A program made the position numbers and the translations under genes. A stretch of 64,000 bases of DNA from Longimicrobiales bacterium (lineage in GTDB: Bacteria > Gemmatimonadota > Gemmatimonadetes > Longimicrobiales > Gaopeijiaceae), in contig CBDFMQ010000002.1 in assembly GCA_965249725.1 (NCBI GenBank), forward strand, positions 1,152,001-1,216,000, written 5' to 3'. Shown one piece after another: positions 18,511 through 28,666 of the stretch (positions within the stretch are counted from its first letter, which is position 1; each line of letters opens with the position of its first letter). The notes beneath the pieces were generated by a model, which saw only the letters and a list, made by a program, of their open reading frames with translations, was not told where the DNA came from and ran no database searches.

Positions 18511-19424
18511 ACCATCTTTCGAACGACGAACCAGAGGTTGGCCGGTCGCTCGGCCAGGCGCCTCATGTACCAGGGGAACCAGGCCGACCCGTAGCTGATC
18601 AGGGCCTGCATCTTGTATCCCTCGCCCGCGAGCCGCTCCTGCTCCGCGGTATTGATCCCATAGAGCATCTGGAACTCCACCTCACCACGGGGAATCCCGA
18701 GCGCCCCCGCCTCATCCTTGATCTTGTCCACCAGGTTGCCATCATGCGTGGCGAACGCTGCCCGTGCGCTGCCCGCTGCAACCGCGTCCAGGAGGCGGAG
18801 CGACAACTCGAGGAAGTTGTCGTCCACGTCCTTCTTCTTAGGAAAGGCAACGTCCCCGGACTCCTTGTAGGCGCCCTTCACGAGCCGAATCGCCGGCTTC
18901 AGCGGGAGGAGCCCCTCCATATCCTCGGCCGTACGGTAGAGATAGGCCTGGAGACACAGCCCGACGTTCTCGTAGTGGGCTCTCGCGGCCTTATAGATGT
19001 CCAGCGTGACGTCTACGTAGCCGCTCGCCTCCATATCGATCCAGACGAAGCGATCGAGTTCCAGTGCCAACCCGAGGATGGCCTCGAGGTTGGCTGCGGC
19101 CAGGTCTCGCCCGAGATCGACCCCGAGTTGCGTGAGTTTCACCGAGATCTCGACATCGAGGTCTCGGCGATCGAGTTCCTTGAGCACCTGCTGGTAATGC
19201 TCCACGACATCGACGGCCTCTCGCGGCTCGTTGACGTTCTCTCCGAGCAGCGTGACGATCGTGCTCATGCGCGACTTCTGGAGTCGGAGAGCCTCTCTCA
19301 TCGCGTCTTCAGGAGTCTCACCCGGCATGAATCGACGAGTAGCCCGCTGCACGAAACGAAGCCGCGGGAGGCGCTGGGCGAGCAGCGGGTTTTCAGAAGC
19401 CCACAGTAGGAGTCCGCGTAGCAT
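18501..19424 (-). CDS. Monofunctional proline dehydrogenase
   Basis: RRFMPGE, LGEN, SVKLTQLG, WIDME, QAYLYRT, RLVKGAYKE, ATHD, FQMLYG, YMRRLAERPAN. Confidence 0.93.
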   Translation of the reverse strand: MLRGLLLWASENPLLAQRLPRLRFVQRATRRFMPGETPEDAMREALRLQKSRMSTIVTLLGENVNEPREAVDVVEHYQQVLKELDRRDLDVEISVKLTQLGVDLGRDLAAANLEAILGLALELDRFVWIDMEASGYVDVTLDIYKAARAHYENVGLCLQAYLYRTAEDMEGLLPLKPAIRLVKGAYKESGDVAFPKKKDVDDNFLELSLRLLDAVAAGSARAAFATHDGNLVDKIKDEAGALGIPRGEVEFQMLYGINTAEQERLAGEGYKMQALISYGSAWFPWYMRRLAERPANLWFVVRKMVWR

Positions 19425-19426
19425 GA

Positions 19427-22400
19427 TCAGCGCTGCTCCATCGGGATCGTGATGGGGTCGGCGTCGGTGAAGGGCGAGTACCCCGCCTCCTGAAGGTGCC
19501 GGCTATACGCGGACACCTCCTGGTCGAAGATCGCGTTCACCTCGTCGACGATAGCCTGCAACGCCTCCTCCGCTTGGGTGAGCATGAGCCGCTCGTTGCC
19601 CGTGGGTGCGTCGGGCGAGCCTCCCAGGAACTGCAGAGGTCGACGCACCGTGTTCGAGGGCAGCTTGCTTCGTCCGCAAATGCCCTGACATGGCGGGCCA
19701 GTGAAGAGGCGAGCGCGCATGTCCTCGAGGGACTCCTGAAGCCCTGCCCCCTCCTCGATCAGGGTCTGACCACCCTCACGCCCACGAAGCGACTCCTGGA
19801 CGGTCTCGGCGGTTCGGATCGCGCGCTCGATCCGCTGTTGGGCTTCGCTGAGTGCCGTGATCATGGACCGGGCGCGGTCTAGCGCCTGAAGTTTGGCGAT
19901 CCGCCGTGCCAGCGGGATGTCCTCACGGATATCCTCGAGAACCGTGATCTCTCCGGTGGAAACGGCATCAGCGACGGTCACCCGAACGCCATACGTGCCA
20001 GCCAATGCCTCCGACCCCTGCCCGCCCGGACCCTCCTCGCCACCGCGACGGAGATTCCAGACGATCCGATTCACACCCGGCTGTGCGGACCCGCTGAGCG
20101 TCCTCATCGGGCTCCCGTCCACGTCGAGGATCTCGATCGAGGCCCGCTGTGCACTCTCCGCGCCCACCCAGTAGTTGATGAGCGCACCGTACGGGCGCAT
20201 CTCGCCGAACATCATCGCGTGTCCGACCGATCGGTATCCCACCGCTTCCGCCGTGGCGTACTTCTGGGCCGGAGCCATGGGGAGGACCCTCAGAGCTTCG
20301 GTCGCGAGGCTGGAATCCGCGGCCGCCTCCCTCAGCGGACGGATGTCATCGATGACGTACGCCCCCCGACCGTGGGTCCCCAACACCAGATCGTGATCCC
20401 GAGGATGCACGCGCAAGTCCCGAATCGGCGCGGGCGGAACGTCATGACTCCACCGGATCCAGGAATCGCCTCCGTCGACACTCACTCGAAATCCGAATTC
20501 CGTGCCCAGGAACAGAAGGTCGGACTCTTCCCGATCTTCACGTATCACATGAATGAAACCGTCTATCCCATTGGTATTCAACGCATTCCACGTCGCACCA
20601 AGGTCTTCGGTCTTGTAGAGATATGCCTCCCAGTTTCCGCGACGATGATCCTCGAGCACCACGTAGGCCGTGCGAGGGTCATGGTGCGACGGTTCGACGT
20701 GCGGGACCCACGTTCCCCGTGGAACATCGCGGATCTGAGCACCCGTATTGCGCCACGTCGCGCCGTCGTCTTCAGTGACCTGCACATTGCCGTCATCCGT
20801 CGATGCCCAGATCAGCCCCGGCTGCAACGGGCTCGGCGAAATCGAGAGGATCGTGGTGTGGTTCTCCGCCCCGGTTGCATCGAGCGTGAGCCCGCCCGAT
20901 TCGTCCTGCCGCTGCTTCTCGGCGTCGTTGGTCGTCAGATCCGGAGAGATGATCTCCCAACTATTCCCATGATCTCGCGTGCGATGGACGAATTGGCTGC
21001 CCAGATAGAGGACGCTCGGGTCGTGCGGATCGACGTTGAGGCCGGCGTTCCAGTTGAAGCGTAGATGCTCGCCTTCGGGATGCACGGGTCGAATGGCGAC
21101 ACGACGCCCGGTGTCCTTGTCGAAGCGCACCAGATTGCCCTGCTGCGACATGGAGTACCCGTAGCGCGAGTCCGTCGGGTCGTTGTAGACGGCGAATCCG
21201 TCTCCGCTGCCCACACGGCGCCAATGCAGGTTCATGATCCCGCGATTCTCCCACACGGTACTCGGCCCATACCAGCTTCCGTTGTCCTGGAGTCCCCCGT
21301 AAACGTTGAACGGCACCTCATTGTCGAGGCTGATGTGGTAGAACTGCGCCAACGTGAGGTTCTCCACGAACCGCCAGTGATTGCCACGATCGTAGGTGAA
21401 AGCGATTCCGCCATCGTTCCCGATGATCATCCGCCGGCCGTCCTCCGGATCGATCCAGAGCTCATGGACATCGCCATGGATGGTCGTGCTGGGCACCACG
21501 GTCTCGAAATTGCGACCCTGGTCCTCACTCACCTGAATGCTCCCATGGAGTGAGTACACGCGGTTCTCGTTCTGTGGATCTACACGGAGATCCGCGTAGT
21601 AGAAGGGCCGAGGCACCACACCGGAGCGGTCATTGATGGTCTCCCAGCTCCGACCACCATCGTCCGATCTAATCAACTCGCTCTTTTCCGCCTCGACGAG
21701 GGCGTAGACGACGTCCGGATTCGAGGGCGCCACCGCGAGCCCGATACGGCCGAGGTCGCCCGGCGGCATTCCGTTCTCCTCCGTGTACCGATCCCAGGAA
21801 TCCCCTCCGTCGTAGGTCACGTACAACCCGCTTCCCGGTCCACCCGATTCGAAGAACCACGGCCACCGCCGGAACTCCCACATCGCGGCGAACAGTTTGT
21901 TGGGATTGCTGGGATCCATGATCAGGTCTGCGGCGCCGGTGCGCTCGTCCACGAAGAGGACGCGTTCCCAGTTCTCACCGCCATCCCTCGTCCTGAAGAC
22001 CCCCCGCACGTCGCCGTCGCTCCACGCAGGTCCCATCGCAGCGACATATACCACCGAGGCGTCCGTCGGATGAGTGATGATCCGATGGACCCGCTCCGAG
22101 CCCTCGAGGCCCACGTTGGTCCACGTATCACCACCATCGAGACTGCGGAACACACCATTTCCCACCCCGGCCGAGTTTCGGGGATTGCCCTCCCCGGTGC
22201 CCACCCAAACCACATCAGGCGTGGCCTGTGAGACCGCCACGGAACCGATTCCCAGGACCGGCTGGCCGTCGAAGATGGGCTCCCACTGGATGCCTCCGTC
22301 CACCGAGCGCCACAGGCCGCCGGTGGCGGCCCCCACGAAGATGATGTTGGGGTTGGACGCCACGACGTCCACGTCCGCCACACGGCCACTCATCCCCGCC

Positions 22401-22531
22401 GGTCCGATGGACCGGCCCCTGATCTGGGCGAAGTGTTCCGCGGTGTACTGGGCCTCGAGTGGAACGCCGTCGTACGCCAGGGCGCAAAACCCGAGAGCAA
22501 TCCACGTCAGTCTGCGAAGTTGGTGAATCAT
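19427..22531 (-). CDS. Secreted VPS10/BNR-repeat (sortilin-like) beta-propeller glycosyl hydrolase-like protein, copy 1
   Basis: Signal peptide, RSIGPAGMSGRV, many S.DGG.TW Asp-boxes, GGLQDNGSW, LGTHGRG; 1034 aa. Confidence 0.85.
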   Translation of the reverse strand: MIHQLRRLTWIALGFCALAYDGVPLEAQYTAEHFAQIRGRSIGPAGMSGRVADVDVVASNPNIIFVGAATGGLWRSVDGGIQWEPIFDGQPVLGIGSVAVSQATPDVVWVGTGEGNPRNSAGVGNGVFRSLDGGDTWTNVGLEGSERVHRIITHPTDASVVYVAAMGPAWSDGDVRGVFRTRDGGENWERVLFVDERTGAADLIMDPSNPNKLFAAMWEFRRWPWFFESGGPGSGLYVTYDGGDSWDRYTEENGMPPGDLGRIGLAVAPSNPDVVYALVEAEKSELIRSDDGGRSWETINDRSGVVPRPFYYADLRVDPQNENRVYSLHGSIQVSEDQGRNFETVVPSTTIHGDVHELWIDPEDGRRMIIGNDGGIAFTYDRGNHWRFVENLTLAQFYHISLDNEVPFNVYGGLQDNGSWYGPSTVWENRGIMNLHWRRVGSGDGFAVYNDPTDSRYGYSMSQQGNLVRFDKDTGRRVAIRPVHPEGEHLRFNWNAGLNVDPHDPSVLYLGSQFVHRTRDHGNSWEIISPDLTTNDAEKQRQDESGGLTLDATGAENHTTILSISPSPLQPGLIWASTDDGNVQVTEDDGATWRNTGAQIRDVPRGTWVPHVEPSHHDPRTAYVVLEDHRRGNWEAYLYKTEDLGATWNALNTNGIDGFIHVIREDREESDLLFLGTEFGFRVSVDGGDSWIRWSHDVPPAPIRDLRVHPRDHDLVLGTHGRGAYVIDDIRPLREAAADSSLATEALRVLPMAPAQKYATAEAVGYRSVGHAMMFGEMRPYGALINYWVGAESAQRASIEILDVDGSPMRTLSGSAQPGVNRIVWNLRRGGEEGPGGQGSEALAGTYGVRVTVADAVSTGEITVLEDIREDIPLARRIAKLQALDRARSMITALSEAQQRIERAIRTAETVQESLRGREGGQTLIEEGAGLQESLEDMRARLFTGPPCQGICGRSKLPSNTVRRPLQFLGGSPDAPTGNERLMLTQAEEALQAIVDEVNAIFDQEVSAYSRHLQEAGYSPFTDADPITIPMEQR

Positions 22532-22577
22532 CGATCAGTCTCGACTCGGTCGTTGATATTGAGCACTCATCCCAACC

Positions 22578-25500
22578 CTACCCGATCGGTCCGACGGACG
22601 GGAATACGTCGATGCCGACGGCTTCGACCCTGTCCCGAAAGCGCGGTACATCGAGCAACAGAATGCCGTCGATCTCGTCGGTCAGGAGGCCCAACGCCTC
22701 CTCCATGCGAATCAGGTCGATCCGCTGGCCCTCCGTGGGCCTGTCGTACGAAGACGACAGGCCGGACACGCCTGAGCGATACTGGTCCACGTCCCGGAAG
22801 TCGGCAACCTCATCGAGAGCCGTCAGAAGGCCTCGTGCCGAGGTCACGAGTTCTGTCGTGACCGGCCGCCCATCGGACTCGAGGAGCTCGACGACTCGCT
22901 CGATTCCCTCCCTGACGCTGGCGATCGCCCGTCGGAGGTCGGCCGTTCTTACATCGAGTCCCTGAGCCTTTTCGAGGGCCTGGTACTTCGCGATCCTGTC
23001 GGTCATTTCGACCTGCACCCGAGGATCGGGAAGCACTTGGAGCGTCCGGAGCGCCTCGTCCGCCCCCTTCGCGATCCGGACCGTGTATAGGCCCGGTAGC
23101 ACCTGAAGGCCTCGAGGAGCCGGCCTCGAGCCGCTCCGTCCCACGGACTGGGAGTCCAGGAGTATCGCTGGAAGATCCTCACGGAGATCCCATGCGACAC
23201 GGTTCAGACCAGGACTCCGCGTACCCTCGAAGGTACGCACGATCCGATCCTCGAAATCGAGAACCTCTATCCTCACGGGCTCATCCACCGGCTCTTCGGG
23301 GTCGTCTTCGCCCAACCAGTAGGAAAGGAGGACTCCCGGATCCCTGGTGTGGCCCTGAAAGATCGCGTCGGCCACGAAATGGTAGCCGTCGGCTTCAGCC
23401 GTCGCGTGCACGTAGGCTGAAGGCGGCTCGAAGAGGAAGAGAGCCGTCCTGCCCGCCCCGGGATTGGTCGCGAGTTCCCTCAGCGGCCGAATGTCGTCTA
23501 GTACGTAGATCGCTCTGCCGTGCGTACCGATCACGAGGTCGTGGTCCCGGGGGTGGATGACGAGCGAGCGCACGGGGGCCGCAGGCAGCCCATGCGTCCA
23601 TTTGAACCAATCGTCGCCGCCGCTCAGAGTGACGTAGAGTCCGAATTCCGTCCCGGCGAAGAGCAGATCCTCCGCGATCGGATCCTGTTCGAGCGTATGG
23701 ACGTAGCCGTCGATATCGTCCCCGTCGGCGATGCGGTCCCAGTCGTCGCCGTAGTCGTCCGTCCGGTAGATGTAGGGCTCCCAATTGCCTCGACGGTGAT
23801 CGTCGAAGACCGCGAAGGCCCCACCCGGTCGGAACTTCGACGCTTCGACGTGGGCCACCCACGTACTGTCCGGAACTCCACCCATCCCGCCGCTCACGTC
23901 GTACCACTGCCCTCCACCGGCCGAGGTCACCTGCACCTTGCCGTCATCCGTCCCCACCCACACGACGTCCTGCGAGAGAGCGCTCGGGGCGATGGTCAGG
24001 ATGGTGGTGTGGTTCTCCGCACCCGTCGCGTCCCTCGTGAGTCCACCGCTCTCCTGCTGCCTCTGTTTCTCCGGATTGTCTGTGGTGAGGTCGGCGCTGA
24101 TGATTTGCCAGGTCTCACCTCGATCCACGCTCCTATGGACGAACTGACTTCCGTAGTAGATCCCGCCGGGGATGTACGGATCCGCCGCGATGGCAGCGTT
24201 CCAGCTGAAGCGGAGGCTGGTCGAGTCGGGCGCCCACGGTCGAATTCGCTTCCGTTCTCCGGTGCGAACATCGAAGCGCATCAGGTTGCCACCCTGTGAC
24301 ATGGCGTAGCCGTAGTTGGGATCCTGAGCATCGACGAGCGTGCCGAAACCATCTCCGGATGCCACTTCCTTCCAGTGGTAGTTGCGGATTCCCCCGTTCT
24401 CCCAAAGGTCGGAGGGCCCCTTCCACGACCCGTTGTCCTGCATGCCTCCGTACACGTTGTAGGGCACATCCAGGTCGACCGAGACGTGGTAGAACTGCCC
24501 GACCGGTAGATTGTCGATGATCCGCCAACTGGCCCCTCGGTCGCGCGAGACGTAGACGCCGCCGTCCGTGCCGGCGTACAGATGCCGGGGATCCTCCGGG
24601 TCGATCCACAAGGCGTGGAAGTCGGGGTGTACCCCCTGCCCCACGTTCTCGAAGGTTCTGCCGCCGTCCTCGCTTCTCTCGATACGAGAGTGAAGCTGAT
24701 ACAGCCGTAGTTCGTTCTCCGGGTCCACGAAGATGTCGCTGTAGTAGAACGGGCGGGGGTTCACTCCTGGCCCACTCCGCACCGTCCGCCAAGTCCGCCC
24801 ACCGTCCGAAGAGCGCAGCAAGGCACTCTCCTCCGCCTCGACGAGGGCATACACGATGCCAGGGTCCATGGCGTAGATCGCGAGACCGATTCGACCCAAG
24901 TCCCCGTCGGGTAGGCCTTGGGACCCATCCGCCAGTCGCCAACTCAGGCCACCATCTACCGTGATGTAGAGTCCGCTGCCCGAACCCCCCGACTCGAAGA
25001 ACCAGGGCGAGCGCCGGAAGGACCACATGCCCACGATGAGCTTGTCGGGGTTCGTGGGATCCATGACCATGTCGGAGACCCCGGTCCGTTCGTCGACATA
25101 GAGGACCTGAGCCCAACTCCGCCCGCCATCCACCGTCTTGAAGACCCCGCGCATCCCTCCATCACTCCAGGCCGGCCCCATCGCACCGACGTAGGCGACG
25201 TCGGGATCCGTAGGGTGCAGCAGAATCCGGTGAATCCGCTCCGACCCCTCGAGTCCGACCAGCGTCCAGGTGTCCCCTCCGTTGATCGACTTGTAGACGC
25301 CGCGTCCCACTCCCGCGCTATTGCGCGGGTTCCCCTCCCCGGTACCGACCCACACGACGTCGGGATTGGACTGATCGATGGCGATGGCCCCGATGCCCAG
25401 GAGGGGCTGATCGTCGAAGACAGGCCTCCAGGTCTGTCCTCCGTTGGTCGACTTCCAGACACCGCCGGTGGCGGCTCCCACATACACGACATCGGGGTCC

Positions 25501-25682
25501 GTCTCGACCGCGTCGATCGCGGCAATGCGGCCGCTCATTCCGGCCGGGCCGATACTTCGGGCCTGCATGCCCGAGAGCCGGTCGATTCTCACCTGGCCAC
25601 CGAGGGACGGAACGACCAGAAACAGCTGGAGAACCAGGGGAGGGAGAAGCAGGAACAGTCGGACTTGGAGTCTTCCCTTCAT
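22578..25682 (-). CDS. Secreted VPS10/BNR-repeat beta-propeller glycosyl hydrolase-like protein, copy 2
   Basis: Signal peptide, RSIGPAGMSGRI, Asp-boxes, GGMQDNGSW, IGTHGRA; 1034 aa; clear paralogue of copy 1. Confidence 0.85.
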   Translation of the reverse strand: MKGRLQVRLFLLLPPLVLQLFLVVPSLGGQVRIDRLSGMQARSIGPAGMSGRIAAIDAVETDPDVVYVGAATGGVWKSTNGGQTWRPVFDDQPLLGIGAIAIDQSNPDVVWVGTGEGNPRNSAGVGRGVYKSINGGDTWTLVGLEGSERIHRILLHPTDPDVAYVGAMGPAWSDGGMRGVFKTVDGGRSWAQVLYVDERTGVSDMVMDPTNPDKLIVGMWSFRRSPWFFESGGSGSGLYITVDGGLSWRLADGSQGLPDGDLGRIGLAIYAMDPGIVYALVEAEESALLRSSDGGRTWRTVRSGPGVNPRPFYYSDIFVDPENELRLYQLHSRIERSEDGGRTFENVGQGVHPDFHALWIDPEDPRHLYAGTDGGVYVSRDRGASWRIIDNLPVGQFYHVSVDLDVPYNVYGGMQDNGSWKGPSDLWENGGIRNYHWKEVASGDGFGTLVDAQDPNYGYAMSQGGNLMRFDVRTGERKRIRPWAPDSTSLRFSWNAAIAADPYIPGGIYYGSQFVHRSVDRGETWQIISADLTTDNPEKQRQQESGGLTRDATGAENHTTILTIAPSALSQDVVWVGTDDGKVQVTSAGGGQWYDVSGGMGGVPDSTWVAHVEASKFRPGGAFAVFDDHRRGNWEPYIYRTDDYGDDWDRIADGDDIDGYVHTLEQDPIAEDLLFAGTEFGLYVTLSGGDDWFKWTHGLPAAPVRSLVIHPRDHDLVIGTHGRAIYVLDDIRPLRELATNPGAGRTALFLFEPPSAYVHATAEADGYHFVADAIFQGHTRDPGVLLSYWLGEDDPEEPVDEPVRIEVLDFEDRIVRTFEGTRSPGLNRVAWDLREDLPAILLDSQSVGRSGSRPAPRGLQVLPGLYTVRIAKGADEALRTLQVLPDPRVQVEMTDRIAKYQALEKAQGLDVRTADLRRAIASVREGIERVVELLESDGRPVTTELVTSARGLLTALDEVADFRDVDQYRSGVSGLSSSYDRPTEGQRIDLIRMEEALGLLTDEIDGILLLDVPRFRDRVEAVGIDVFPSVGPIG

Positions 25683-25902
25683 GCTGCGTTGGCTCGAATC
25701 AGGTGCGCGGAACGGGGGATCGCTCTGTCCTGCCGGTCGGACGGGGGAATCTGCCAGGAGGTCGGGTGACCCGCAAACGCCGCACGAGATGTTTAGCGAT
25801 GGCCCAACGGAGAACGGAACGGTGTCGCGAGACCCGACCGGGTGCCCATATTAGAACCCAACTCACCGCCACTATCACCCCAAACGCCAAACCTGACCGC
25901 CG

Positions 25903-27285
25903 ATGACGGCACCTGACGACGGGTCCACTCCCACTGTACCCGCTCGGGCCCTGGTCATTTCCCTGGGAGCACTTGCCGTTCCGGCGGGATCCGCGCTTCT
26001 GGTACCCGACATCTTGGGCGAACACGGGGCCTTCCTCTGGCTCCTGGCGCTGGTACCGGCGTTTCTCCTGGCCTACTACAAGGGGTGGCGCGGCGCGGCC
26101 GTGGCGTTGGCGGCGGGCATGGCGACCCTGTCGGTCACGCAGGTCGTCGCGCTGCTCATGGGACTCACGATTCCCGATGGTCTATTCGCGGTGGTCGTCG
26201 CCTATATCGTCATTACCCTCGGCGTCGGCTGGATGGCGGAGGTGCTGTTACGCGACAAGATGCGGATGGAGGGCATGGCCTTCGAGGATGGGCTGACCCA
26301 CCTCCCCAACCGTCGCCACGCACGGGTCTTCCTGGAGAACGAGTTTGCGGCGGCACAACGCGGGCGTTTGATGTGCGTGGTCCTTTTCGACCTGGACAGC
26401 TTCAAGGGCTACAACGACAGCTACGGGCACGCAGCTGGGGACGAAGCGCGCGAGGTCTTCGCCGATATCCTCGAGAAGACCACCCGGCGCATGAATCTGT
26501 CCGCTCGCTTCGGGGGCGAAGAGTTCCTCTCGATTCTCGCAGGATCGGACCTCGAGGGGGCCATGGCGTTCGCCGAGCGGGTCCGAAGCCGGCTCAAGGC
26601 GCGGAAGTTGGGCAACGGGCCACTCACCGTCAGCGCCGGGGTCGCCCAGCATCATCCGAGCATGAGCACACCCGATGAAGTACTGGCGGCTGCCGATCAC
26701 GCGCTCTACCGAGCCAAGCGCGAGGGACGGGATACGGTACGACTGTTCGGAACAACCTTGCTGGACGCTGATGCGGATCAGGCTCCGCTGCTGGAGGGTG
26801 ACGCTCTGGGTCCGGCCGACTCCGGCGAATACCCTCGAACGGCCGAAGAAATCGGTAAGAGCCGGCCACCCGTCATTCTGCTTCCTCATGAAATCACGGC
26901 CTTCGGCGCAGGACGTAGGATTCTCCTGGTGGAGGATGAAGATCCGGTCAAGGAGTTGATCTCCAGTTACCTAGACCGCGAGGGCTTCTTGGTATCCGAG
27001 GTCACCGATGTCACGTCAGCGCTTCGGATGTTGGCGACCGAGTTCGACGTCATCGTCACGTCCCAGCTGCTCTCCGAGGGAAGCAGTACACAGTTGGTGA
27101 AAGCCGTGAAGTCGCGCTGGCCGGGCACTCAGGTCGTGGTGACGACCACGTCGAGCGGGGCGCATGCCACCGCCGAGGCCCTGGTCTCCGGCGCCGACCG
27201 GCACATGGTGAAGCCGTTTGGAATGCCTGAGTTGAGGTCCCAGTTGGTGGACTGTCTGGCGCGTCGGGACCGCTGGAGCTCGTGA
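25903..27285 (+). CDS. Membrane-anchored diguanylate cyclase (TM-GGDEF-REC)
   Basis: Four N-terminal TM helices, DGLTHLPNRR, DLDSFKGYNDSYGHAAGD, RFGGEEF, C-terminal receiver (ILLVEDE...GADRHMVKPF). Confidence 0.88.
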   Translation: MTAPDDGSTPTVPARALVISLGALAVPAGSALLVPDILGEHGAFLWLLALVPAFLLAYYKGWRGAAVALAAGMATLSVTQVVALLMGLTIPDGLFAVVVAYIVITLGVGWMAEVLLRDKMRMEGMAFEDGLTHLPNRRHARVFLENEFAAAQRGRLMCVVLFDLDSFKGYNDSYGHAAGDEAREVFADILEKTTRRMNLSARFGGEEFLSILAGSDLEGAMAFAERVRSRLKARKLGNGPLTVSAGVAQHHPSMSTPDEVLAAADHALYRAKREGRDTVRLFGTTLLDADADQAPLLEGDALGPADSGEYPRTAEEIGKSRPPVILLPHEITAFGAGRRILLVEDEDPVKELISSYLDREGFLVSEVTDVTSALRMLATEFDVIVTSQLLSEGSSTQLVKAVKSRWPGTQVVVTTTSSGAHATAEALVSGADRHMVKPFGMPELRSQLVDCLARRDRWSS

Positions 27286-27842
27286 GGGCGGCCGAGGCGA
27301 AGGACCCCTCTACCGTCGGCCATGGTGAGGTGGTCGCCGCAATGGTCCTGGGGCTCGTCGACGAGCTGGACCCAGCTGACGACACTTTGGATCGTGGGGC
27401 CGTTCGGCTGGGAGCGCTGATACACGACATCGGCAAGATCTCACTCCCCGAGGCTCTCCTGACCAAGAACGGCCCCCTCGACCCGGATGAATGGGAGGTG
27501 ATGCGGACCCACACCGGAGTGGGACGCCAGCTCCTCGCTCCGCTCCTGCACGACGCCACCGTGGATGCGGCGGTGTCCTGGCACCATGAAAGATGGGACG
27601 GGACGGGCTATCCGGACGGGCTCGCCGGAGAGGCCATCCCGATGACCGTGCGCATAACGGCGATCGCAGACGCTCTCGCCGCCATGACGAGCGCCAGGGC
27701 CTTCAGGGAGGCCCTATCCTTCGATGCGGCGATCGAGGAGATTCGGGCCGGTTTCGGAACCCGTTACGATCCGGGTCTGAGTGATGTCTTCGAAGCGGCG
27801 CTGCCCGCACTCCGCAAGGCAGGCGCCGCACGAGGATCCTAG
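27282..27842 (+). CDS. HD-GYP domain phosphodiesterase; possibly the detached C-terminus of the upstream gene
   Basis: EAKDPSTVGH, IHDIGK, HHERWDGTGYPDGL, IADALAAMTSAR. Confidence 0.82.
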   Translation: MRAAEAKDPSTVGHGEVVAAMVLGLVDELDPADDTLDRGAVRLGALIHDIGKISLPEALLTKNGPLDPDEWEVMRTHTGVGRQLLAPLLHDATVDAAVSWHHERWDGTGYPDGLAGEAIPMTVRITAIADALAAMTSARAFREALSFDAAIEEIRAGFGTRYDPGLSDVFEAALPALRKAGAARGS

Positions 27843-27846
27843 CCCG

Positions 27847-28512
27847 CTAGAAGCCCAGCACGAACGCAAGGTCCACAACCAGGTAGCGCTCCCGCAACAC
27901 CCCACGGGAGGCGAGGTCCAGGTCCACCCTGCCGTAGCGTACGCCCGGACTCAGCCCGAACCGCTCGGCGACCGGAATCAGGATTCCGGCCCCCGCCTCG
28001 ATCCCCCAACCCCGATCCGATTCCTCTCGCACGGTCGAAGGTGTCGCTCCTGAGGCTGGCGTACCGAGATCGGCCTCCAAGAGGGCTGCCACGGCACCGA
28101 TCCGTAACCACGGTACGACCCCGGAGGTGCGGAGGTTAATGCGCAGCCCCACGTCCCAAGCCGTAGAGACCAAGTCCGTCTCGGCGCCGCACCCCGCTTC
28201 GGGACATTCGAAACGGTACTCGCTGAATCCCACCAGATAGCCCAGATGGCCACTGGTCAAAGCGAAGTGTACTCCGAACCCTGCCCCGGCAGCCGCCTCC
28301 CCTTCCCAGCCGTTTGTGCCGGCGAAGTCGCCAACGGGAATCGAGGCGCCACCGTTCACCTCCATCTGCATAACGGAGAGCTGCGCCCTCAACGGCGAAG
28401 CGACGATCACGCTCAAGGCGCTCATCACGGCTACCGCGACCATCGCGCTTCGCATCACCTTTGCCATCCCAGGGTCGAGGCCTCCGATTCCCCGTATCTC
28501 TGTGTTTCTCAT
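27847..28512 (-). CDS. Outer-membrane beta-barrel protein
   Basis: Signal peptide, alternating amphipathic strands, C-terminal Phe (LAFVLGF). Confidence 0.72.
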   Translation of the reverse strand: MRNTEIRGIGGLDPGMAKVMRSAMVAVAVMSALSVIVASPLRAQLSVMQMEVNGGASIPVGDFAGTNGWEGEAAAGAGFGVHFALTSGHLGYLVGFSEYRFECPEAGCGAETDLVSTAWDVGLRINLRTSGVVPWLRIGAVAALLEADLGTPASGATPSTVREESDRGWGIEAGAGILIPVAERFGLSPGVRYGRVDLDLASRGVLRERYLVVDLAFVLGF

Positions 28513-28666
28513 GGCCGTATGCTAGGGCCTATCCCGCATACCGCCAAGCTGGGCCATCGAGCCTCCGCAGGGCCCTCGGAGGGCAAGCCACGCCCTCGGT
28601 TGCCCGCCGACTGGTCGCCGACCTACCCTTCGCCTACCTCGACCCCAACCGAACCGGTGATTGCAT

